A DNA stretch of 64,000 bases from Octopus sinensis (lineage: Eukaryota). This document shows positions 13,067 through 26,300 of the stretch, one piece after another (the stretch's first letter is position 1; each line of letters opens with the position of its first letter). Location: the NCBI RefSeq assembly GCF_006345805.1, contig NC_043020.1, forward strand, positions 10,788,001-10,852,000, written 5' to 3'. Made by a program: the position numbers and the translations under genes. The notes beneath the pieces are model-generated. The model was not told the DNA's origin, ran no database searches, and was given only the letters and a program-made list of their open reading frames with translations.

Positions 13067-16000
13067 TACGACAGGCTTCTTTCAGTTTCCGTCTATCAAA
13101 TCCACTCACAAGGCATTGGTCGGCCCGGGGCTATAGCAGAAGACACTTGCCCAAGATGCCACGCAGTGGGACTGAACCCGGAACCATGTGGCTGGTTAGC
13201 AAGCTACTTACCACACAGCCACTCCTGCGCCTTTATCATCATCATCATCTTCATCATTTAGTGTCCGTTTTCCATGCTGGCATGGGTTAGGCAGTTTGAA
13301 TGAAACTGGTAAGCTGGAGAGCTGTACCAGGGTCCAGTTTGATTTGGCTTGGTTTCTACAGCTGGATGTCCTTCCTAATGCCAACTGGTTAAATGGTTAA
13401 CCAATTGATGAATAAAAACGATACAAAATAGAACCAGTGTGTGTATGTGTGTTTATAATTGGCATAATGATCCATCTAAGACACACTACAACCACCACAC
13501 CATTGGTTATGATGATGAGAGTTCCAGAACAGCTTCATCATCATCGTCATCATTGTTTAACGTTCGTTTTCCATGCTAGCATGGGTTGGATGGTTCAACC
13601 GGGGTCTGGGAAGCCAGAAGGCTGCATCAGGCTCCAGTCTGATCTGGCAGTGTTTCTACAGCTGGATGCCCTTCCTAACGCCAACCACTCCGTGAGTGTA
13701 GTGGCTGCTTTTTACGTGCCACCGGCACAGATGCCAGGCGAGGCTGGCAACGGCCACGATCGGTTAGTGCTTATTACGTGCCACCGGCACGGAAGCCAGT
13801 AAAGGCGGCGCTGGCATTGGCAACAGAACAGCTTGCTTGTGAAATTAACCTAGAAGAGGTTGGAAACTTCACAGATATGCGTAACCTTGAAGTTGTTATC
13901 AGGGAGATTCTGAATGATAAAGGATGTGACATGGTTGGCCCTTTGAAATACAGGTACTACACATTTTTGCCAGCTGAGTGAACTGGAGCAACATGAAATA
14001 AAGTGTCTTTCTCAAGGACACAACATGTTGCCAGGAATTGAACTTATCACCTTACAATCATAAGCCAAGCACCCTAACCACTAAGCCACAAGTCTTCACT
14101 TTATGTAAATCATAGAGACACCTCATGTCACCCTATTCCACACTCTAGTCAATCACAGAGTTTTATTGTAAAAATTGTAAAATTAATTCATCTACCCACA
14201 CAATATAAGCAGCTCAACAGGTTAAGATTACTTTTGACACGTTTCATAGGAACTAACTCACTTCCTTCCTTTAATCGTATTATGCTGTGGTGTTTCACCT
14301 GTAATAAATGCAACCTATGATACCTATGACATTTGTCAAAGAAAACAGCAACTTTGTGAATGTGAAATGAAAAAATGAAACAAATGATTGATTGATTGAT
14401 CAAATGTTTAATGAAACAATCAATTAGTTCAGTGGTTCCCAAACTTTTTGGCGTCGCGACCCACAATTTATCACACCAGTTTATGACGACCCACTTAACT
14501 CTACTGAGTAAAAACATTAATGAAACATTAATCAAAGCTAATGAGTAATTTTATAACTTTTTGCGTCCCACTAAGATTCCATTCGCGACCCATCTGTGGG
14601 TCGCGACTCATAGCTTGGGAACCACTGGATTAGTTAATTGGTTAAATAGTTAACCTATTGAGAAATAAATAATAAAGAAGTGAAAACAACTAGCGTGTGT
14701 AAATAATTGGTATAATGACCCTCCTAAGATACAACAAAACCAATTCATGCAAAGAAGAGAAAGCTCTTAATTTTTTTCTGCAGATAAGATTCTCAGATAA
14801 GCAATCAGTACACTGATGAGTGGTTGGCATTAGGAAGGGTATCTAGTCATAGAAACCATGGCAAAACAGATAATGGAGCCTGGAGCAGCCCCCCCCCCAG
14901 TCTTACTAGCTCCAGTCAAACCATCCAACATGGAGGCACATGATGTAGTGGTTACATCAGTGGACTCGTGGTCGAGGGGTCGCGGGTTCGACTCTCAGAC
15001 CAGGTGATGTGTGTGTGTTTATGAGCGAAACACCCAAGCTCCATGCAGCTCTAGCAGAAGGTAATGGCTAATTTTTGCTGACTCTTTCACCACAACTTTC
15101 TCTCACTCTTTCCTCCTGCATCTTGCAGCTCACCTGCGACGGACCGGCATCCCGTCCAGGTGGGGAACCTATACGCCAAGGAAACCGGCCCTTATGAGCT
15201 AGGTATGGCTCGGAAAGGAACAAACAAACTCTAACCACTTGGTGGGGTGAAATGTGAGGCCCTACATAACACTTTGAGGCAGTATTTAGATCATTTCTGA
15301 ATAGTATGTAGCTTGGTGAAATATTGGTTACTATTAATCATGATATAGTTTAGTCTCCCAGATAAGCTTTACTTATAGGTGGGGAACCTCTACGCCTAGG
15401 AAACTGGCCCTTATGAGCCAGGCATGGCTCGAGAAGGAACAAACAAAAACCATCCACCCCATGCCAGCATGGAAAACAGATTTAAATGATGACGATGATG
15501 ATGATTAACAGAGATGTGTACTGTACAAATTGCGATGCAGGTAATTTAGATGAACAGCAACTGTGAATCAAGGTACAGGAAGAAAGATCTTTTCAGGCTA
15601 GGGCGCATGATAAATAAAATACACTTGGTCTATGCTGTAAAGTGGTCGGCGACGTGAACAGTATCTGATCGTAAAACCATGACATATCCAGCAACATCAT
15701 CATCATCATCATCATCATTTAGCGTCCGTTTTCCATGCTAGCATGGGTTGGACGGTTTAACTGGGGTCTGTGAAGCCGGAAGGCTTCATCAGGCCCAGTC
15801 AGATTTGGCAGTGTTTCTACGGCTGGATGCCCTTGAGAACAATAATGTTTTGTTGTTTTTTTTTGTGTGTGTGAGTGTTGCTGTTTATGCCAGGTGATTA
15901 CGGAGTATGTTAGGAGGAAGGCGGATGAGATACTTACCCAAGTATGGAAGAAAATAGATGACAGTGGTGATGATAGTGATGGTGATGATGATGATGATGA

Positions 16001-19000
16001 TGACGATGAGGGCGAGTCCTCTGAAAAATAGCTTACCTGGAATTTCAAGAGGTAACTGTCAGTCAACAGGTGTTTGTCTTTGTATGGAAGAAAATAGATG
16101 ACAGTGGTGGTGATAGTGATGGTGATGATGATGATGATGATGATGATGAGGGCGAGTCCTCTGAAAAATAGCTTACCTGGAATTTCAAGAGGTAACTGTC
16201 AGTCAACAGGTGTGTGTCTTTGTATGGAAGAAAATAGATGACAGTGGTGGTGATAGTGATGGTGATGATGATGATGATGACGATGAGGGCGAGTCCTCTG
16301 AAAAATAGCTTACCTGGAATTTCAAGAGGTAACTGTCAGTCAACAGGTGTTTGTCTTTGTATGGAAGAAAATAGATGACAGTGGTGGTGATAGTGATGGT
16401 GATGATGATGATGATGATGATGATGAGGGCGAGTCCTCTGAAAAATAGCTTACCTGGAATTTCAAGAGGTAACTGTCAGTCAACAGGTGTTTGTCTTTGT
16501 ATGGAAGAAAATAGATGACAGTGGTGGTGATAGTGATGGTGATGATGATGATGATGACGATGAGGGCGAGTCCTCTGAAAAATAGCTTACCTGGAATTTC
16601 AAGAGGTAACTGTCAGTCAACAGGTGTTTGTCTTTCATCTTTAGTGCCGATTTTATAGCAGATTCTATGTGTTGTAGAGCAGCGGAAGAACTCCCAACCA
16701 AATTGTAATGGTCAGCCAACAGAAACTGACACCGAAACAATTCTTCAGCCAAACCATTTGTTCTGCGAGTGAGAGAGAGAGAGAGAGTGACAAAAAGAGG
16801 AAAAACTAAACTCCCATAACCCTTAGTTACTCCCATGACAGACATGCTGCCACTAACAACAACAAACAAGGGTCTCCCTCTTGGTCTACATTACTCATGT
16901 TCCCCATGGTTACCTCTAGATATTTATAATCTTCAACCAATGAGAAACACTATGAGGTCACTCATTATTATCGGATCTTTTCGGTTTGAATGGCAGTTTT
17001 TAACATAATTTCTAGGTAACTAAAAAATTTTAAACTTCGTATACTGGTAGAATGTGTTTATAAAACATCTTTTTCTCTTAGCTTTATTGAGAAAATTCTA
17101 TAGTTTGTAAGATATTTGTTGTTTTTTTTCTTCATTTTCTGCAATTTCAACCAATCAGTGACGTCTATTGAGGTAACAAACATTCTGTGCCGTATGAATA
17201 TGTCCCTTGTTTAAGAAACAGATTGGGTTTATTTATATTTGTGAAGAAAAAAAGATACCCTTCCCCCACCCCTAACTCTAACCCTAAAACAGATTGAAAT
17301 GCAATAGATCGATTCTAGGGTCATAATTATGGGTGACAATTTCATGACACCGCTAGAAAAAACTGTCGTTCAAACCGAAAAGATCCTTATTATCAAACCA
17401 CAAACTACCATCTTAAAAGAAGGTGGCCACGTTTGATAAGTTTGTCTTGGGTTCAGTGAACCATGGAAATAAAAAATAGGACGGTCACAGCCGGGTCCTT
17501 GATCATAGATCTACTGTTGCTGGGCATAATGTAGTTTAACCCTTTCGTTACTGTATTTATTTTGAGATGCTCTGTGTTTCTTACAATTATTTTAAATATA
17601 ATAAAGAATGTAGTAAAATAACTTAGTTATCATTCAGCTAGTGTTAGGAACGTAAATTGTGACTAAGGCTTGGTGGAAGATTTTAATTCAAAACTTATGA
17701 AAACAAGACATTTGTACTACAGAGCCAGGGGCAGTTTCAGTCAGTTTGGAATCGAAAGGAATAAATATAACAAAGAATTTAATAAAATAACTTAGTCACC
17801 ATTCAGCTAGTGTTAGGAGCATAAATTGTGACTAAGGCTTGGTGGAAGATTTTAATTCAAAACTTATGAAAACAAGATATTTGTACTACAGAGCCAGGGG
17901 CAGTTTCAGTCAGTTTGGAATCAAAAGGAATAAATATAACAAAGAATTTAATAAAATAACTTAGTCACCATTCAGCTAGTGTTAGGAGCATAAATTGTGA
18001 CTAAGGCTTGGTGGAATATTTTAATTCAAAACTTATGAAAACAAGACATTTTACCACAGAGCCAGAGCCGGTTTTGGCCAGGTGAGTAACAAAAGGGTTC
18101 AGATAAAATCTTGAAACGATGGAGTGGTCACAGCAGAGAATGATTTTAATCATAGGTCTGCCCAACCAGTGCTGACCTGGGGTGAAACAACAACAGCAAA
18201 TTTCATCATCGTCATCATCATATGATGTCCACTTTTCCATACTTGTATGAGTTAGACATAATTTGTTGAGGCAGATTTTCTACAGCTGGATGCCCTTCCT
18301 GTCACCAACACTCACCTGTTTTCAAGCAAAGTCACATTTGTCTGTATTTAGACATGTTTTTCATGTAGGACTGGAAACAACCACACTGCTTGCATGACGG
18401 TGAGGCTCACTTACAGTCATCGCATGATGATAAATCAAGAGTACATACACATATGATGCATATTCTCTTTACTCTTTTACTTGTTTCAGTCATTTGACTG
18501 CGGCCATGCTGGAGCACCGCCTTTAATCAAGCAACTCGATCCCGGGACTTATTCTTTTGTAAGCCCAGTACTTATTCTATCGGTCTCTTTTGCCGAACCG
18601 CTAAATAACAGGGACATAAACACACCAGCATCGGTTGTCAAGCAATGCTAGGGGGACAAACACAGACACACAAACACAAATACGCATATATGTACATATA
18701 TACAACGGGCTTCTTTCAGTTTCCGTCTACCAAATCCACTCACAAGGCTTTGGTCGGCCCGAGGCTACAGTAGAAGACACTTGCCCAAGGTGCCACGCAG
18801 TGGGACTGAACCCAGAACCATGTGGTTGGTAAACAAGCTACTTACCACACAGCCACTATGATGGGTTTCTTTCAGTTTCAGTCTGCCAAATCCACTCACA
18901 AGACTTTAGTTGGCCCAGGGCTGTAGTAGAACACACTTGCCCAAGGTGGCATCGAGTGGGACTGAACCCGAGACGACATAGTTGAGAAGCGAATTTCTTA

Positions 19001-22000
19001 AGCACACAGTCATACCTGCACCAGTTAAATGACAAATGGGACAAGAAAAAATACAATTGCCACCACATATGGCGCAGGAGTGGCTGTGTGGTAAGTAGCT
19101 TGCTAACCAGCCACATGGTTCCGGGTTCAGTCCCACTGCGTGGCATCTTGGGCAAGTGTCTTCTGCTATAGCCCCGGGCCGACCAATGCCTTGTGAGTGG
19201 ATTTGGTAGACGGAAACTGAAAGAAGCCTGTCGTATATATGTATATATATATATGTGTGTGTGTGTTTGTGTGTCTGTGTTTGTCCCCCTAGCATTGCTT
19301 GCTAACCAACCACATGCTGGTGTCTTTACGTCCCCGTCACTTAGCGGTTCGGCAAAAGAGACTTATAGAATAAGTTCTGGGCTTACAAAGAATAAGTCCC
19401 GGGGTCGATTTGCTCGACTAAAAGGCGGTGCTCCAGCATGGCCGCAGCCAAATGACTGAAACAAGTAAAAGAAATTTAAAAAAATAAAAGAAAAAAAACT
19501 ACAATTTCCATTACAATAATCACAATCATTATTACTACAAACTGAAGTCTCCTTGTGCTGGCCCACACCTCTGGCCCACAGTAACTTGATTTGTTCTTGA
19601 AAGAAAGTTCTAATAAACGAGTAACAAAAGGCTACATAACAACAAAAACACGTTCAACAAAACTCTTACTCTTCTTCTACATATTTGTAGCTGACTAGCT
19701 TTCTACTTGAGTGAAAAGTCCTTACCTAGATCAGTTTAAAAGCTGACAAAGAAACATATATTTAAAGAAGGAGAAAAAAAAAATATGATTGTAAAATGAG
19801 AAAGAAACAATCTAAAAAGGATAAGATAAATAAACCAATAAATACAAATTCTTGTTTGAAATACCCAAAGAGTTATTTAATCTTTTGTGCCCATCCCAAA
19901 TTGAACAAATTTGACCTGCTTTTCAAGTATTTTGTCACAACCTGCTAAACTTCTCATACTGAGAAATAGGTCGATCACAGATCACAACATGTTTCATTTT
20001 ATTTTATAATTGTTTCCTTTTGTTAATGTATTTTATTCATTACAGGTATATAGGATTGGCTTGTGACATCTATCGCTGTTCCACTGCATTTATAAATGTA
20101 AAGTTAGAGTAAGATCCGGTGAGACTGAGAAGGTGACAGACACACTAACCAGTATCATCATCGTTTAGCGTCCGCTTTCCATGCTAGCATGGGTTGGACA
20201 GTTCAACTGGGGTCTGGGAAGCCAGAAGGCTGCACCAGGCCCAGTCCGATCTGGCAATGTTTCTACAGCTGGATGCCCTTCCTAACGCCAACCACTCCGT
20301 GAGTGTAGTGGGTGCTTTTTACGTGCCAGATGGGGCTGGCAAACGGCCACAGTCGGATGGTGGTTTTTTACGTGCCACCAGGATGGGGGCCAGGCGAGGC
20401 TGGCAAACGGCCACGGTCGGATGGTGTTTTTTACGTGCCAACAGCACGGGGGCCAGGCGAGGCTGGCAAACGGCCACGGTCAGATGGTGCTTTTTACATG
20501 CCACCATACATATAAACAGGATGGTCATGTTTGAAACGTCTTATAGATTTGCATGACCAGATCTCAACAGCATAATAAGTTATTTTTGTTTCCATGTACC
20601 ACTTTATGGGTTTTCTTATCAATGTACAACAGCATCCTCATCCTCCTGACCATCATCATCACCATTTAACATCTGTTTTCCATGCGGGCATGAGTTGGAT
20701 TGCTTGACAGGAGCTGCAGGGCTGCACCAAGCTCCAATGTCAACTATGGCACAGTTTTACAACTGGATGCCCTTCCTAATGCCAACCACTTTACAGTGTG
20801 TACTGGGTGTTTTTTTCATGTGTCACCAACACTAGTAAATTCACCAACACAGAAAAGAACAGGGAAAATATCCCCCATAACTAAGTAGGGGGAGCATTTT
20901 GGAAGCGGGAGGGGGGGCTTATGCCAAGTGTTGATAGGCTAAAGTATGAGAGAACAAGCAAAAATGTCTTGCTGTTGAGGAGATACAGAAAGGGTGGTTC
21001 GACAAACCTGGTAGCAATAGATTGCCAGAGTAAACTCTCAAGGTACAAGAAGTGAAAAATATATTCGTTGATATTCCACTGAACTGTGGAGGCGCAATGG
21101 CCCAGTGGTTAGGGCAGCGGACTCACGGTCGTAGGATCGCGGTTTCGATTCCCAGACCGGGCGTTGTGAGTGTTTATTGAGCGAAAACACCTAAAGCTCC
21201 ACAAGGCTCCGGCAGGGATGGTGGTGATCCCTGCTGTACTCTTTCACCACAACTTTCTCTCACTCTTACTTCCTGTTTCTGTTGTACCTGTATTTCAAGG
21301 GGCCGGCCTTGTCACTCTCTGTGTCACGCTGAATATCCCCGAGAACTACATTAAGGGTACACGTGTCTGGGGAGTGCTCAGCCACTTACACGTTAATTTC
21401 ACGAGCAGGCTGTTCCGTTGATTCGGATCAACCGGAACCCTCGTCGTCGTAACCGACGGAGTGCTTCCAAATTCCACTGAACTATTTCTCTAATCAATCT
21501 CATGCTAAACATCCCAATAATCATGAAAAATTTGTATTTTCTCAGCTAAATTTCCCTTCTTTCACCACCATAAAACCTGTCCAACTGAGCTAATAAAAGG
21601 GGTCTCATAGTCACCTAACCCTTTAGTGTTTGCATTATTCTACCAAAATTAATGCTTTTTCATCCACCATTGCCTTGAACTAATCATTCATTATCTTGTA
21701 GCTTTGAGAATTTGATGGGGAAGCTGTTAAGTTTTAAAACGATATTGTAGGGTTGGTGTGAGAGACCAGATCTGGTCATTTTGAACATAAAACAGGCAGA
21801 ATATTTTTGGCCGGATATGGCCAGTTTAAATGCTAAAGGGTTAACTCACTAGAAGAAGCAGCTTAAGTCTCCCTTGAATTATACTCTATCATCTTAAGAA
21901 AGGAATGTCTATAATGTTGTCTAGATACCTCTACAGAGACATGGTTGTCAAGAATGGAATGTCTGTGATTATAGGTCTACTTAATCAGGGCTGACCTAGG

Positions 22001-23324
22001 GCTAAACAAGTATAATACCTATTTCTTTACTACCCACAAGGGGCTAAACATAGAGGGGACAAACAAGGACAGACAAACGGATTAAGTCGATTACATCGAC
22101 CCCAGTGCGTAACTGGTACTTTATTTATCGACCACGAAAGGATGAAAGGTAAAGTCGACCTCGGCGGAATTTGAACTCAAAACGTAGCGACAGACGAAAT
22201 ACAGCTAAGCATTTCGCCCTGAGTGCTAATGATTCTGCCAGCTCGCCGCCTGTAATACCAGCACCAAAACTGTAACAACAACCATCAGCATCATCATGAT
22301 GCTTATCATTAACCCCTTACCCAACAATTATTTTGAAAATAAATGTATTTTTTCAGACATATTTTTTAATTGTTTTATTTTACTATGTTTTGAACGGTGA
22401 TTTCGAGGTATATTTCAAACCTTATTTATTATGAATTTTAATTCAATAATATTGATTTTAAATTACCACTTTGGGCAGAAACGAGTTAACCTGTTTTTAG
22501 ATGAAGGAACTCATTTGCTGTCGATTGTGGCGAGTCTATCTTTTGACGAGTTGACTCGCCAGAGATAGAAAAAAACGATTTCGGTCAAAACGCATATATT
22601 CGTTTCTGCCGGGTAAGGGGTTAAGGAAACAAGTAGCAGCAATACTGCAGCAACCAACACTGACAGAACCACCACCACCACCACCACCAGAACCACTGCA
22701 TTCACTACTGATCAATTAACGGTACGACCAATACAACAACAGTGATTTCCACACCCAAAAACACTTGACATGATTTTTTGATATGCATGAGCAAAACAAA
22801 CATAAGAAAATGATAACGATCGGAATTTATATATATATATATATCATCATCGTTTAACGTCCGCTTTCCATGCTAGCATGGGTTGGACGGTTCAACTGGG
22901 GTCTGGCAAGCCCGAAGGCTGCACCAGGCCAGTCAGATCTGGCAGTGTTTCTACAGCTGGATGCCCTTCCTAACGCCAACCACTCCGGGAGTGTAGTGGG
23001 TGATTTTATGTGCCACCGACACAGGTGGCAGACGGCCACGCTCGGATGGTGTTTTTTATGTGCCACAGACACAGGTGCCAGACGAGGCTGGCAGACGGCC
23101 ACGCTCGGATGGTGTTTTCTTATGTGTCACCGACACAGGTGCCAGACGAGGCTGGCGAACGGCCACGCTCGGATGGTGTTTGTTACGTGCCCCCAGCACG
23201 GAGGCCAGTCGATGCGGTACTGGCTACGGTCACTTTCGGATGGTTTTCTTATGTGCCACCGGCACTGGTACCACAAGGATACAAATTCCATTGATGTTCA
23301 TCTATTTTGATTTGGTTTGATATA

Positions 23325-23357
<33 letters not shown>

Positions 23358-26300
23358 CAAATCCACTCACAAGGCTTTGGTCGGCCTGAGGCTATAGTAG
23401 AAGACACTTGCCCCAGGTGCTATGCAGTGGGACTGAACCCAGAATGATGTGGTTGGTAAGCAAGCAACTTACCGCACAACCACTACAAACTCTAACAAGG
23501 TGCTGGATTGCCAATTCATAGATTGCTGGTTCAAATCCCAATGCAAGAATAACATTGGTTGTTGTTTGGCCTCAATCCTACTCTGTTTAAACAGACATAC
23601 AATGAAACCTCTCCCAACATGACAGCCATATCTTTTATTCAAACATATAGTGCATCTAAGGCAGATTTTGGCTGTTATATGTGCAAAGAGGTTCACCAGA
23701 AGAGCTATGGTTACAATATTGACTCTGAATCAGGGGCCATAGCAAAATTTTGGGGTGCCACATGAAAAAAACTGGATATTTGGTGATCTAGAGAAATTTC
23801 TGAAAGATCTGTTGTAATTATGAGATTAATTCCTTCTACGTATATTCTTGATATCACACCTTAACTCCTTTTTCTGCTGAACACCCCTTCCATTCCCTAG
23901 TACATTCTCTCATTTTGCCAGTGACAGCCCTGGGCCAAACAAAGCCTTTTGAGTGGATTCAAGAGACAAAGACTGTGCATGTCTATAACCTGTTTTCAAC
24001 AAAAGCAGTCACCAGTTAGCTTACCACTGGCTACCTTTTTAAATAATAATGATGAAATTATTGTATACAGTGCTCAGGTGCGCCACAACTTGTCAGAAAG
24101 TGCGTATAAAGTGTATGCAGTAATGCACAATTGTCTGGAAAGCGAACAATGTATGAGCCAGATACATGCTTGCGTGTGTATGGAGGGGAGAAAATCAGGT
24201 GTAGTGTTGGCGAATCTCAGAAAGCATGGAAGTTTTGAAGGATGCAGTACTCCGACAACTAACAACTGATGCCGGCAGTTTGTTCCATGCTTCAGCAACT
24301 CTTAGTGTGAAAAAATGTTTCCTAAAGTCATGGGAGCTGTGCTGTTTTCTGACTTTGTAAATATGTCCATGGGTGTTAGACGGGTGGAGTTTGAAAAGGT
24401 GCTCAGAGTTATTGTTTGTAAGATGGTTGATAATTTTATGGGTGTCTGCTCCACTTCTTTGGAAAATTATAGCAGACTTGAATGTCTTCTTGCCTTTTTC
24501 CTGTTGACTGGTGTCATTGAGAATATTTGGCCGAGGTACAGAGACACTTGCTTAAGGTCTCACCAAACCTACCACTGCTTGTACCAGTGGCAATAGGTGG
24601 GGTTTGAACTCAGAATGCAGAATATGGAAATAGATTCAGTTCTGCTAATTCATTGTCATAGTCTTGCACCTTTATTTATCCACTCCAAAAGAATAAACAA
24701 GTCAGCCAAGTTGGGATTTGAACTCAGAACACAAAGTATCAGAATAAAACGCTACAAGGTATTCTATTCCGCACTCTAACAAATAAGCCAATTCGACATC
24801 ATACATCGCAATATACACACACACGCACACACACATGCATTTTTTTCTTTTGTGGCTGTTGCATTTGTATTGCTACCAAGCACTTTTTCAAAGCTATATC
24901 TAATTACCTTTTTCTCTGACCTAACATAACCTGCTAGCACTCCCAAAACAGTAGTTATTTAACAGATTACTATCTGTCCCACTTCCCTAAATTTTGCTTT
25001 ATCAACCAGGTCAATTTGAAGTTAACTTGTATGATTTTGTTTTACATCATCATCATCGTCGTCGTTTACCGTCCGTTTTCCATGCTAGCATGCGTTAGAC
25101 GGTTCAACTGGGATCTGGGAAGCCAGAAGGCTGCGCCAGGCCCAGTCTGATCTGGCAGTGTTTCTACGGCCGGATGCCCTTCCTAACGCCAACCACTCCG
25201 TGAGTGTAGTGGGTGCTTTTTACGTGCCACCTGCACAGGTGCCAGACGAGGCTGGCAAACGGCCACAATCGGATGGTGCTTTTTATGTGCCACTGGCACG
25301 GAGGCCAGTCGTGGCGGGGCTGGCAACGGCCACGTCCTGATGGTTCTCTTACGTGCCACCGGCACTGGTATCACGGCTACAATTTCCATTGATGTTGATC
25401 GATTTTGATTTTGATTTTCACTTGCCTCAACAGGTCTTCACAAGTACAATATATATATATATATAGGCATAGGAGTGGCTGTGTGGTAAATAGCTTGCTT
25501 ACCAACCACATGGTTCTGGGTTCAGTCCCACTGCATGACACTTTGGGCAGGTGTCTTCTACTATAGCCTCGGGCCGACCAAAGTCTTGTGAGTGGATTTG
25601 GTAGACGGAAACTGAAAGAAGCCCGTCGTATATATGTATACATATATACATGTATGTGTGTGTGTGTTTGTGTGTCTGTGGTTGTCTCCCCAACATCGCT
25701 TGACAACCGATGCTGGTGTGTTTACGTCCCCGTCACTTAGCGGTTCGGCAAGAGTGACCGATAGAATAAGTACTAGGCTTCCAAAGAATAAGTCCTGGGG
25801 TCGATTTGCTTGACTAAAGGCGGTGTTCCAGCATGGCCACAGTCAAATGAATGAAACAAATAAAATGTGAGAATATATACTAATTTATAATTATATATAA
25901 AAAATTATATTAAAGGGTATCTAGAAAGACACCAAATGGCTCTAAAAACCACATTTGGCATCTATTTCTAACATATTGGTGGAGTTTATCCACACTCTTT
26001 AATATAATTATATTATATAATTAGGAATTAGTATAAAATGTTACCTGCATGGTTTTTTGTTTTTTTTTCACACTGGCCACTTGATAAAATCATTGAAGTG
26101 ATTTTATCCTTTAATTTTATTGTGTATGTGTGTGTATGTGTGTGTGTGGATATCATCATCATCATCATATATATTTGTCACCAGTTAAAGTAATTCAAAT
26201 ATCAGGGCTTGAGTGATGGGGCTCTTATCAAAGGATAGCACATGGCCTCAATTCCTACAGAAGTCAGCTGCCTTGGCTTTCCAACTAGACTGGAAAAAAT

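Noticed and set aside
13778-13981. [25 protein letters not shown]
   Set aside because: Both ends derive from repeats (family C; antisense SINE D-like CCTGTATTTCAAAGGGCC), and there are no clear splice sites or recognisable homology.
15942-16635. Regularly spaced repeats resembling a CRISPR array (also the 60-bp VNTRs)
   Set aside because: No unique spacers and no cas genes; eukaryotic intron context.
21086-21160. tRNA-like sequences at SINE heads
   Set aside because: A/B boxes are present, but there is no complete cloverleaf or acceptor stem and they continue into SINE bodies with TSDs, so they are not tRNA genes.
22854-23320. Recurrent ORFs such as [24 protein letters not shown] and ..[19 protein letters not shown]
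   Set aside because: Open frames of repeat families C and A; they recur wherever the repeat occurs.
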